DNA from: Thalia democratica
Taxonomy: Eukaryota
Assembly: GCA_965202585.1 (NCBI GenBank)
Contig: OZ241830.1
Coordinates: forward strand, 70,804,001-70,868,000
Reading direction: 5' to 3'
DNA: 64,000 nt
Of the stretch, positions 38,770 through 50,200 are shown in pieces. The translations under genes were made by a program, and so were the position numbers. The notes beneath the pieces are model-generated. The model did not search any database and was not told the origin of the DNA. It saw only the letters and a program-made list of their open reading frames with translations. How positions within the stretch are numbered: the first letter of the stretch is position 1; each line of letters opens with the position of its first letter.

Positions 38770-39845
38770 AATTAAGTGAAAACTATTTAAATACGGCTCA
38801 TTTAATATTTGGTTACTAAAACTTCAAGAAACAGCAATTGTTCAACAAGTTTTCTGCGCAACAATGCATTTTACGTGAAGGCTGGTATGTTTTTCTTAGA
38901 ATTCTCTTAGCACCCTGTTTCATTTATAAGCTTCAACTGATAATTAGAAATTAACTGTTTTTCAAAAAATTACAGAAACGTGTTAATAGCCAAGGCCCTT
39001 CTAGCTGTTGGCCACTTTGATCATTCTTCTACAGCTTGCGAGAAACTAAAATAATCCAGGTCACTTTAGGTTCATCAGTGTCAGTGCAAAAACTTGCTAC
39101 TTGTGAAAGATGTTAAGGATTGTTAAACTCAACCTACTTTATGCTGAAAAGACTAGAAAAACAAAAACGAGTGTTCAGAACTACGTGACTAACAAATATA
39201 AACCCGAAATTTTCTTACAGCTGATGATTGGAACTTGTTAGCCTCCTTAATGAGCTGCTTTTTACATAGTAACACAGCAGTGTAGTAAAAACAACGCATT
39301 CATGATAGCAAATTGTTTTTACCCATAACAGCTTTTGATCAACGTTATCAACTTTACTATTTTCCTGCTAATCTCAAACAGAAAGCTGTAAGGCTACTTT
39401 TCAGAAGTAAAAAATCATAGTTATCGTGAGATTAGTCAAAGTGGTCAAGTTCCTTTAGTGCCATTGAATAAACCTAAAGCTCGACTACCTAAAAATTATG
39501 TTTTCAAAAATATTGTTTGTGTTCTATTCCACATTTAAATTGCAAACACTCGCGGAAGTGTACAAAAAGGTTCAGTTGATCATAAGATTGAGTCAAAAAA
39601 TAAGTTTCATTGGCAGAAAAAATTTATCTGCTGAAGAAGTGAAAGAAGCTGAAGTCTTGGTGGAACTGATATAAGGAAAAATATAGACATCTTGCCAGGT
39701 TTGCAAGAAGATATCTTTCAATACTACCATAATCTGTTTATTCTGAAAGGTCATTTTCAAAAGCTGGACACTTTTACAAACAAAAGCGAAATCGATTGCT
39801 ACCAAAAACTGGCGAAAAACTTTTATTTTTTCATATCAACTTAAA
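38770..39845 (+). pseudogene. Decayed hAT (Ac/ZBED-type) transposase
   Basis: Fragmentary frames: AKALLAVGHFDHS, KDV..LNSTYFMLKRLEKQKRV (TRWNST motif), TADDWNLL, AFDQRY, and the dimerisation domain WWN*YKEKYRHLARFARRYLSILP*SVYSERSFSKAG..KRNRL. Multiple stops and shifts. Possible right TIR ending about 40259. Confidence 0.85.
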
Positions 39846-41169
39846 AAAAACAGAATAGGTTTGTTTGTAGCTTAAAGGCCTTGATAACAGTAAACGTTTT
39901 TTACTAAATTACTTAGTTTTATGTATGTAAACATAAGCAGTCGCTAAAGAAGTTATTGTTAATTTTGTAGTTCAAATATAAGGTCGTTATTTCTTAAAGC
40001 CTCTTAAACTTAACTTCGTTTTCTATGCGTCATACAAGGTACAAAATTTAAATTCAGTCCTGTAAGTAACTTGAAATTTAACGTTTAAACTGAGATTTTA
40101 TACAAGTAGTTTTTATTTTTAAACAAAACATAAGTATCAAACAATTTTAACTTATAATTGGTATTATAATAATTAAGTTTTATAAGTTTTTTCGTAACTG
40201 CATAAAACTAAAAAAATAGGATCCGAATTCTAAATAGTGGATTGGGTGGACCATTACTAGCAACTAGTATTTAAAAAAATATTTTTTAAGCAAATAAAAT
40301 ATTCAAAATTAAGCATATTAACGGAAACTTTCAATATTTAAACTTTATCATGGAAATATATCTATAATTACATAAATAAGTTGTTGGGATATTAAATACG
40401 TGTATAAATGCAGATTAATCATAATACAAGCCAGATTTTGACTGTGTAGATGCAAATCTTAAAAACAAAACAAGGTTGCTAAAAAAAGTTTAAAAAGTTA
40501 AAAACAGAAATAGCTACATTAAACAACAATAAGAAACTAAGCCGAAGTGTTATTTTCAAATATGAAAAATAAAACATGAACGGAATTCTAAAACTTAACA
40601 TTAATATTGACTACTGTTCTTAAAAACTGCGACAAAAAAAATATTAGTAACACACTTGAGTAAAAATATACTTAGATATTTTTTGGCACCCATTCTTTGT
40701 ATTTATTTGAAACAAGGCACTTTTGCGCAAGAGTAAGAATTGATGCCTCTTGCTACTACATAGCAACTTCTGTCAACTTCAATGTTTTACCGTCAAAAAA
40801 CAAAATATCTCCTTTATCAATAATATCACTTTTGCAAGAGCAGAAAACTTTTCACGAAGACATTTTTCCACAAGCTGAATTTTTTTTTTTTATTTATCTT
40901 AATTTTTTCTCAATTTTAACTGTATCCCCTAACCCTTACCCTCGGTCAGTAGCTTTTTTTTAATTAATTTGTCTTTATTTATTTGTTTGTTGTTATAATT
41001 TCTACTAATTGTTTATTTATTTTATCATCACTGTTACCTCTTACCCTTACTCTCGGTCAGTATTTTTTTGTTTTTTTATTAGTTTATCTTTAATTTTTAA
41101 TTTTTGTGTTTCATATTATTTTATATTTCTGTTTTTAACTTTTTCTCTATTTTTCTGTTTTTGTATAGT

Positions 41170-41345
41170 TTGACTCTCGTGCAAAGTTGTAACTCGTGCG
41201 AAATTGACCCATGGTGAAATTGTCTTTGTGCAATTTTTTTGCTTCGTGCAAGTTTGTCGTCGTGCAAAAGTATCTTCGTGCAATTTAGTCCCCTCGTACA
41301 ATTTAGTCACCTGTTGCAATTTTGGCTATTTTCAATTCGACCCGT
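41170..41345. repeat. Dispersed repeat built from TTGCACGA-type motifs (partial reverse-orientation copy about 10300-10400)
   Basis: Repeated TCGTGCAA/TTGCACGA words; AAAGTATCTTCGTGCAATTT at 41266-41285 is the reverse complement of AAATTGCACGAAGATACTTT at 10351-10370. Confidence 0.55.
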
Positions 41346-41872
41346 TTACCATTTAAATTTACTAAATAATGTGATAGCTCTAAAAATACAGCTCACTCAA
41401 TAGTTGTTTATTATAAGGATAAGAGGTAGCAATTGTTCAACATTATTATTTTTTTTTATTATTTCATTAATTTTTTCCAGCCCTGGTTTAGATGAAATAG
41501 TATATAATAGTATAAAATATTTTTGAGAAAACTTCATAATTTTGTTAGACAACTGCTCCCTCTTAAAGTTAAATTAATTATATACTTTAAATACTTTATT
41601 CTATACACATACATATATATTTACACATTATGCGTGTAAAGTATTTTCTTAAGGATAATTTATGTAAAAAAAAAAATGGCACATAAAAAATTAATTTACT
41701 AAATACATTTAGGATAACTCTTGATGTTTTTTTAAGTTTGTTAAATATTTTAGATAACTCAAGACACTAATGCCAAGTGAAACACTTTTTATAAACAAAT
41801 GCTAACTGATTCAAAAAAAACTCTTGGTAGTTATAAGATTTTTTTTAAATTCAAAACTGTTTTTTTTGCATG

Positions 41873-42245
41873 CAGGGTTGTAAAAAATAAAACTAGAATC
41901 CTTGAAAAATATGGAATTTGATAAGTAATAAAATAAACTGGAATTTTGAACAAAGGTTTTGTAAACCTTAAAAATCCTGGAATTTTAAACATTTTTACAT
42001 ACTAAGTAGTAAAATTTTAGTTTGACACGAAAAATTTACCATTTAGTAATAATCTTTTTTTAAACAACAAAAATGTATTTTATCATTTACAGAAGCTTTA
42101 AAGTATCTTTTCTATTGTTATACTACCTAACACAGTTAACCTCAAATTAGCTTTAAATTAAAAATAGACCCATAAACGTGTACTTAAGCCTGGAAGAAAT
42201 TCAGAAAACCTTGAAAAGTTTTCTCAAAAAAACTTGGTAACTCTG
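41873..42245. mobile_element. Diverged member of the CAGGGTTGCC MITE family
   Basis: CAGGGTTG..GGTAACTCTG ends; internal sequence similar to 24673-24963. Confidence 0.55.
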
Positions 42246-42652
42246 TAAATGAGAATAAAATAAAGCAGTAACAATACTTTTTAAACACATATACATCAAA
42301 ACACATATTAACAAATAGCTTTAATATTCAGAATTCTGTAAGGAAAAGTATAAATATCTAAAAAATTATGCTTTCTATAGGGTACATTGTTTATAAAACA
42401 AAATTCTAAATCTCTAAATTAAGTACTGAAATTTATCAAATGTATCATTCGAAATAAAGCTTAAAAATAAGTTATTACAGACACAACACTTTTAACTCTG
42501 ATACTTTCGTTTGTAACTTGATATAAAAACATTTTTATTGTTATTAAAATGGCGTCTTTAAACAAAAACCACAAAGTTAACATTAGTTGACTTTATTATT
42601 TGGTAGTTAATTTATTTACTCTGAAAAGTTTTCTTTCAATTCTGCATAAGAA

Positions 42653-42969
42653 CTATTCTTCGTCATAATCGCTCATAATTTCATCGATCCACTCACTGCT
42701 CGCTTCCGAAGCGAAACCTTCATCCGCGAGGTTCGTGAAAACTTTCGGTCCCGCGCCTCCCGCCACGCGTTCCCAGTACCCTGCGTACGACGCGACTCCG
42801 ACCACCTCTCCTTCCGTTGTTGTTCCCGCAAACCAGCGCCGTCCCCGCCCCGACGCTGAACGTGGGCTTGTCGCCTTGCTGCCTGGCGCAAATGTGCGCT
42901 CGCAGTCGCAACATTTTCCTCGTGCCTCGGCTTGATCATCGGAGACGTGCATTCTGCGTACATGTTCAT
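42653..42969 (-). pseudogene. C-terminal exon of an inactive trypsin-like domain, frameshifted
   Basis: GC-rich island after a putative acceptor (tttcatgtacaatAG). One frame gives AHICARQQGDKPTFSVGAGTALVCG (ICA..GDSGGPLVC-like, Ser to Ala). Another gives EGEVVGVASY..GPKVFTNL..EWIDEIM* (typical S1 C-terminus). Confidence 0.7.
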
Positions 42970-43586
42970 CTATTGTACATGAAATTTGTGTAAAAAAGTT
43001 TGTAATATGATTTTAAACTAAACAATAACTTTTGAAAAAAAACTATTATTACGGGTACAAAAACTATTTACAAACAAGTTATGTTTTCAATTTACTACAA
43101 AAATATACATCAATCTAGTTATTTTATTTCCAAAGTTATACATTCATTTTCTAAAAAACTTAGAATTTAATTACCTATAAAAAAAAACTTAAAAAATTTA
43201 AATAAAAAACTAAAAGTTCTGTTTCTAATAAAACTGTTTTAAAATTTTCTCAACTGACTTACTTTACATACAAAGGTTTTTAATAACTAAACTAGTTTTG
43301 AACATGAAAAGTATGTAATCTTTGGTAGTACTATTACGTCATAATAATGAACAACATTGTAGAGTTGTAGAGAAACATCTAAAATTTTCTTACAGCATGA
43401 AAGCTTAAATACTTGTATCATACATAAATGTTAATATTTAATATTGAAAATTTTTTGAATTTTCTTCTGACCGAAACTGTCCAGATAAGTGAATAAGCAC
43501 TGTACTGTAAAAACAAATCTTTCATACCACTAATGCAAAACAACTAAACACCATGTCAGCTTTCAAAAGTATACAAGTTAACAAAC

Positions 43587-43812
43587 CTGTTTCTTTTCGC
43601 TTTCAACAGCAACAAGTTTTGAAACGGTAGGGTCTATGGTGGAGCTGTCAATGAGGAGGGAGTTTTCCTTTACCTCTCTCAATATTCCCTCATCTCCACA
43701 ATAAACTTCTTTTACGTGGGTGGAGTTGGGTAGCATGGTGACTATCTTGTCGCACTTCATTGCCACTTGCCTGGGCGATGAAGCTATCACCCCGCCTGCA
43801 TCTTCGATTTTC
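43587..43812 (-). pseudogene. HIBADH: Orphan HIBADH exon, copy 2
   Basis: Same exon, open frame and both splice sites intact; PTVSK variant. Confidence 0.8.
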
Positions 43813-43916
43813 CTGTTGAGTGCAATTGTTGTAAACACATATTTCTGTATTTAAATTGATATTTAAGGGCATAAGGGCATTAGATCTTATTTTATTGAGT
43901 TTTATCTGAGCTATCA

Positions 43917-44016
43917 NNNNNNNNNNNNNNNNNNNNNNNNNNNNNNNNNNNNNNNNNNNNNNNNNNNNNNNNNNNNNNNNNNNNNNNNNNNNNNNNNNNN
44001 NNNNNNNNNNNNNNNN
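43917..44016. other. Assembly gap (100 N) with overlapping, non-identical flanks
   Basis: Sequence after the gap restarts at the equivalent of 42897, so about 1 kb is repeated with SNPs. Confidence 0.98.
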
Positions 44017-44089
44017 CGCTCGCAGTCGCAACATTTTCCTCGTGCCTCGGCTTGATCATCGGAGACGTGCATTCTGCGTACATGTTCAT
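44017..44089 (-). pseudogene. Third, partial copy of the C-terminal protease exon; splice acceptor lost
   Basis: Matches 42897-42969. The acceptor aatAG is changed to aatAT (plus strand 44090 is a, not c). Confidence 0.6.
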
Positions 44090-44705
44090 ATATTGTACAT
44101 GAAATTTGTGTAAAAAAGTTTGTAATATGATTTTAAACTAAACAATAACTTTTGAAAAAAAACTATTATTACGGGTACAAAAATTATTTACAAACAAATT
44201 ATGTTTTCAATTTACTACAAAAATATACATCAATCTAGTTATTTTATTTCCAAAGTTATACATTCATTTTCTAAAAAACTCAGAATTTAATTACCTATAA
44301 AAAAAACTTAAAAAATTTAAAAAAAAAACTATAAGTTCTGTTTCTAATAAAATTGTTTTAAAATTTTCTCAACTGACTTACTTTACATACAAAGGTTTTT
44401 AATAACTAAACTAGTTTTGAACATGAAAAGTATGTAATCTTTGGTAGTACTATTACGTCATAATAATGAACAACATTGTAGAGTTGTAGAGAAACATCTA
44501 AAATTTTCTTACAGCATGAAAGCTTAAATACTTGTATCATACATATATATTAATATTTAATATTGAAAATTTTTTGAATTTTCTTCTGACCGAAACTGTC
44601 CAGATAAGTGAATAAGCACTGTACTGTAAAAACAAATCTTTCATACCACTAATGCAAAACAACTAAACACCATGTCAGCTTTCAAAAGTATACAAGTTAA
44701 CAAAC

Positions 44706-44931
44706 CTGTTTCTTTTCGCTTTCAACGGCAACAAGTTTTGAAACGGCAGGGTCTATGGTGGAGCTGTCAATGAGGAGGGAGTTTTCCTTCACCTCTCTCA
44801 ATATTCCCTCATCTCCCCAATAAACTTCTTTTACGTGGGTGGAGTTGGGTAGCATGGTGACTATCTTGTCGCACTTCATTGCCACTTGCCTGGGCGATGA
44901 AGCTATCACCCCGCCTGCATCTTCGATTTTC
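44706..44931 (-). pseudogene. HIBADH: Orphan HIBADH exon, copy 3
   Basis: Same exon, open frame and splice sites intact; VYWG variant. Confidence 0.78.
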
Positions 44932-44985
44932 CTGTTGAGTGCAATTGTTGTAAACTTATATTTCTGTATTTAAATTGATATTTAA

Positions 44986-45600
44986 GGGCATAGGGGGTCC
45001 ACCTTGATGTTTACAAGATGATCTTATTTTATTGAGTTTTATCTGAGCTATCAGACATTTTTAACCGCTTGAAAAGATTCAAAGTAATTTTTGAGATATG
45101 AGCGATCAAAGTCAGTGATCTCAATAGGTTCCTAATGAAAGGCACAAACTAAAAAGACCATTTCACTAAAAATATATCTTCTCCTTCATTTTTAAGCAAT
45201 CTTCTTCAAATTTTCACAGAAAGTGTATTATTAAACTTTAAAAAGATTGAATAAAGGAGTTATTTTAACTCTAAAAAATAATTTTTTTGTTAAAAAAACA
45301 CCTTTTTTTTTCTTTAATCTAAAATTTTTATTTTTAATATTTTTAAAAATCCAACATTCAAAGTCTTTTAAAGTATAAAATGAACGTTTCGTGAAAGTTT
45401 GAGGTCTCTAGCTCAAAAAGTGCAAAAAAATTGCGCTCCATACATTTGTATTGGAAGATTTTTATAAAAGCTACAATATCTCAAAAGTTAAATAAGATTT
45501 TTTAATTCTTTAAAAACTTGCTTAAAGTTTTCACTTCAAACTTTCATATAAGATCCAATGTTATTTTTAGTAAAAAAAATGTCAGATCTCCCCTATGCCT
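44986..45600. mobile_element. Kolobok-like element, duplicated copy (a deleted variant start at 43867-43916 abuts the gap)
   Basis: Same TIRs and TTAA flanks; near-identical to 15183-15793. Confidence 0.7.
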
Positions 45601-48600
45601 TTAAAATGCAAATAAAAAAAAATTTAGATCCACATGATTAAATTTTACTTAAGACTAAATCAGTTTTGTTTGCTGTTTTAACAAAATATTAGCATAAAAA
45701 CATATTTTAGAAAGTTGTGCAAAAACCACAATTAGACACTTAATTTTAACAAAATGTTAAAGTAAATAAAAACAAAAGTAAATAAGCAACATTTAAGTCC
45801 ATTAAATTAAAAAAACAAATAAATATGATTACATTTTTTACTTTTTTGCTTCAGAGAAGCAAATAGTTTTTTAAAGGTTACATGACAATTCAAATTCGGA
45901 CAACTAAAATTCTTAAAAAATATTTAAAAGACTATATCTCAAAAAGTATTATAAGTATGAAAAAAATAAAAAATGCGTATGTAGATCTTATTAATATCTA
46001 CAAACCACTTTTATCTTCTTTGAAAATCTGTAATATTTTTAAAGATATGTCAAAAATACAAAAAATAACAACATTTTTTACTTTAATAAAGCCATATTTC
46101 AAAAACTATCTAATTTTTTGCAAATTAAAATAACCGCCCCTAGATAATATTATGATTTACATATTAATTTTTTATTTTAGATAAATATACATGATTTTTT
46201 TATTTTTAGCTGATTCAATTTTTTATTATGTATTTGAACTGTCTGAATATAAATAGTCGTGCACCCAGATAAAATTATTCACTTTTTTAAGGGTACTGAT
46301 TAAGTGTAGTTTAAAATTAGAATCTTACTTTTGGTAAATTTATTGCACATAAGTTTATAAAAATTTATATACTATTGAACACTTATATTCTAACATTTTT
46401 TTATTTACAGTTAACCCATTCAGTAACTATGGCATAAAAAATATTAACTTAATAAAGAACTATATTATTTCTAAAATTACTGCACATATAGATGTAAAAA
46501 TCTGCATTGTACTTGAAAAACATTATTTAAATTTTTATAAAATCAAGCTGATCAATAAAAAATGTCTCTAGAATTTTTGCAATAAATAATTATTTGAACA
46601 ATACCATATTTACTGAACAGATAAAGTAGAAGTTTTGAAAAAAATTACATAATGGTTTTCAATAGATTTTAAAATCTGCATTTGAAGTAACTTTGACAAA
46701 AGTATGGATCTGGTATTCAATCTAATAAAAAAAGAAGTGTATAAATAATATCTGTATTTCGGTGAAAAAATACATCTGAAACAAACAAACTTATTGGTAA
46801 TCAATCACACTAACTAGTAAAAAATACATTGTTACTTATCTAGATTTCATGTTTAAAAGATTATGAGCCTCTAAAAGACTACAAACCTTTGTGAAGGACT
46901 TAAAATTTACAGAGACTAGCTAAATACTTTTCTTAAATGGTTGTTTGCAAAAGGCTTTCTCTGGACAATCTAGAACATTACTTGTAAAAGGTTGCTAACC
47001 CCTGGTTTAGAGTCTGAACTGCAGCTTTTGCTAGTCAAATATGGTCTCTAAGCAAAAATCTGTTGTCTTAAAATTACTCTTCAACAAAGAAGTTTGAAGA
47101 AAATTATCATTTTTAAACAGCAATAGAAAAAATTATTGCGGTATAAATATCAATAAGGCCTATTTATAAGCTATGTGACTATTGTAGAATACTGAACTTA
47201 TATTAAGACTTAATTTGTAGAGATGGTGAAAAAAGATCATCTGCTGAATTTGCAATAAAAAATGTATACATCTATATCATTTAAAACAGTTTTTTTTTTA
47301 CTTGTCACTTGCATTTTTTAATACACTTATTTTGGTAAAAAAATATCAGTACTTTCTCTATTTTTTTTAAAGTAGCCTGATGGTGTAAAGGTCTTAATAT
47401 AGGGCTGAAACTTTTGGATGATTGTTGCAAAAAAAAACATAAATGTATGCTAAAAGATTTTGTATATTAGAATATACCAGAGAGTGAAATTAAATATCAT
47501 ACTAAAAAAAGAATCCAAATAAAAGTGTGCATTTTTATGTCTCTAGTAATTGTTTTGTGAAGCTTGAATCATTTATTTTTCTCATAATACTTTTTAGTTG
47601 TAAAATAAATTTTTTGAGTGTGGAGTTTTCAGATTCTCTTAATGATAATACTTAAATTCTATTTGTTAAAATGTTGCCAGATCAAACCTGCTAATTGTAA
47701 CATAACTGTATATAAAAAATAAACAAAATTTTATAAAGTAAATATTTAAACGCAAAAAAAACAACAAACACTGTACCAACTGACAGATGTTCTAACTTGT
47801 GATAATAAGCAACAAAAATAGATTTAAAAAAATCACTTACAAAACTTCTTGTATGATCTTGGGTCCCCCACTCCTATACCTCAACTCAGTTCCAGAGGGA
47901 ATTCCATCTTCAAAACTAGATGTTTTCTTCAGATCATCCTTCTCATAATACCATATAGGCTTGCTCAGTTCATATAAGGTTCTTTGGTGATGACATTAAG
48001 TTGGTTTTAATATATTTTCTGTTAGAAGTTTAACAATTTGTCAATATTAAGCTTTTATTTGTGTTGGGTATCTTGATAATTTTTTTTATGTTTACATAAA
48101 TTAATTTGTCTGTTTGTACTTTAAAGTATTTGTATAAATATTTGGTTTGAAAGTTTCAATGACTTGAAAGATTTATTTAAGTTAATATAAATGAAAAATT
48201 TTAGACTTTTACAGCTCACAAGTAGTTAATGTTCATAACTTTCCAAAAACAGACTAAGTTCTAAGACATAATTAGTCTAGCAACATAAGAAGTTTTTACA
48301 GCAGTATTATGTCAGCACTTATTTAATTAAATAAACCAAATAAATGAATTTAGTTGGAAAAATTTAAACTGATAATATTTGTGGCTTAAAACTGAACTTG
48401 AATAGTTTCAGAAATATCTTAACATAATGATGGCACAATCATTCATGAATATTTTGATAATTGTGTCTTTATTTAGCATTCACTCACTATGAACAATGTG
48501 GCTTTTTATTTTCTACATGCTTCAAAAAGTTGTTTTATCAGTGACTACGAAAACTCAGTAGTTTTGGCAAATATGGCAAAACGATTGAAACTAAATTATA

Positions 48601-49304
48601 ACTAAAATGAGTTTGCAAAAGTTAAACGTAATGATATAACCAGATGAAAATAAAGGCATTAAGCTAAATGTAATTAATCTTATGCAAATTGTTAAGTAAT
48701 AAACATCTTTAAAACAAACAGAAAAAAAAAGTAAAATTTAGAGTTGAAAACTCAGTCTATACTTTTTTATAAAGTTTTCAATGTAGTTTATATGAGCACA
48801 ATGAATTACTGTAGCTTAAATATTAAACAGTATGTTAAACCAGTTATCGCCATTGTAGTAAAAAAGGTAGAAACTACAAAAAACTTTAAAAAGAATGAAT
48901 AATAAGAATGAAATTAAAACAGCTTATTTTTTACAAAAAAAAAGTTTAAGGTTTAACATTATGTAAAATAAAAAGCATTTTATGTTCGAAAAAGCTAAAA
49001 ACCACCCTGCCATGCTAAGATAGTGTTTCAATTTGTAGTTTTTATGAATTCTCTAAAGTCTTACATTTTAATGTGACATCACAATAAAATAGTACTTTGC
49101 AAAATATTTTTTTCAATGAATATTCTTTTGAGAAAAGCACTTGTAGTAAAAACACCTTAGATGCTGTAGGTGTAAAGTAACTCTAAAACTTTTTTTTTTC
49201 TTTTTTATACTGCTTATGTGAGCTTTGTACAATACTTAAGCAAACTCTATTTGATTGTGAGTATTTTTGAATTTAAAACTTGATGATTGTTGCTCATTTT
49301 ATCT

Positions 49305-50200
49305 TCTAACATTGTGTGAGTAAGTTTAAGAAAGCATTTGACCTAGTTTGGCATTCAACAGTCTTGAAAATTTATGTTGATAATTTATATTCTTTTTCTC
49401 ATGCAATACCTTTGAAAAATTTCTTTATTTAATCTTCTAGTTCATCACAGAACCATATATCTTTATTCATAAAAATTGTGATAAGTTTTTATACTTACAA
49501 GTATGGCATGTTCAGACAAGATCAATTGGCTTGAATGCACTTACTTAATGCAAAAAAAATCATCAAGAGGCTTTAAAAACTTGCATATCAGCCTCTGAAA
49601 TCTTTGAAACATTATTGTAAAGTGAAATAAGTAGAGAAAAATTCAAAAGAATTCTTATATTTCTACATTGTGTGAGTAAGTTTAAGAAAGCATTTGACCT
49701 AGTTTGGCATTCAACAGTCTTGAAAGTTTATGTTGATAATTTGTATTGTTTTTCTCATGCAAAACTTTTGAAAAAATCTTTATTTTATCTTCTAGTTCAT
49801 CACATAATGCATACATCTTTATTCATAAAAATTATGACAAGTTTTATACTACAAGCATGACATGTTCAGACAAGATCAATTAGTTTGAATGCACTTACAT
49901 GATGCATTAAAAAAACCATCAAGAGGCTTTAAAAACTTGCATCTCAGTCTTTGAAATCTTTGAAACATCATTGTAAAGTGAACTGAGCAGAGAAAAATTC
50001 AAAAGAGTTCTTATGAAAAATCTTTTGAACCTCTGTAAAATTTTTAAACTCCTAGCTTTTTTCAAAGGTCTTTATAAGTTGTAACTTTGGATTTCTCCTA
50101 AATCTTTGGATTAGGCAATGGATCACACTTTTTTGGATTCATATTAAAAGATGAGTACCTACTACAGCAGCTGTTGAGGTTAGTTTGTTTAATAGTTAAT
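49305..50200 (+). mobile_element. CR1/L2-type RT relic, duplicated copy
   Basis: Near-identical to 19521-20420; includes ORF 49672-49860. Confidence 0.65.

Noticed and set aside
43892-44089. ORFs spanning N gaps (43690-44034, 43892-44089, 13962-14288)
   Set aside because: Artefacts of translating through N; the flanks of the second gap are not contiguous.
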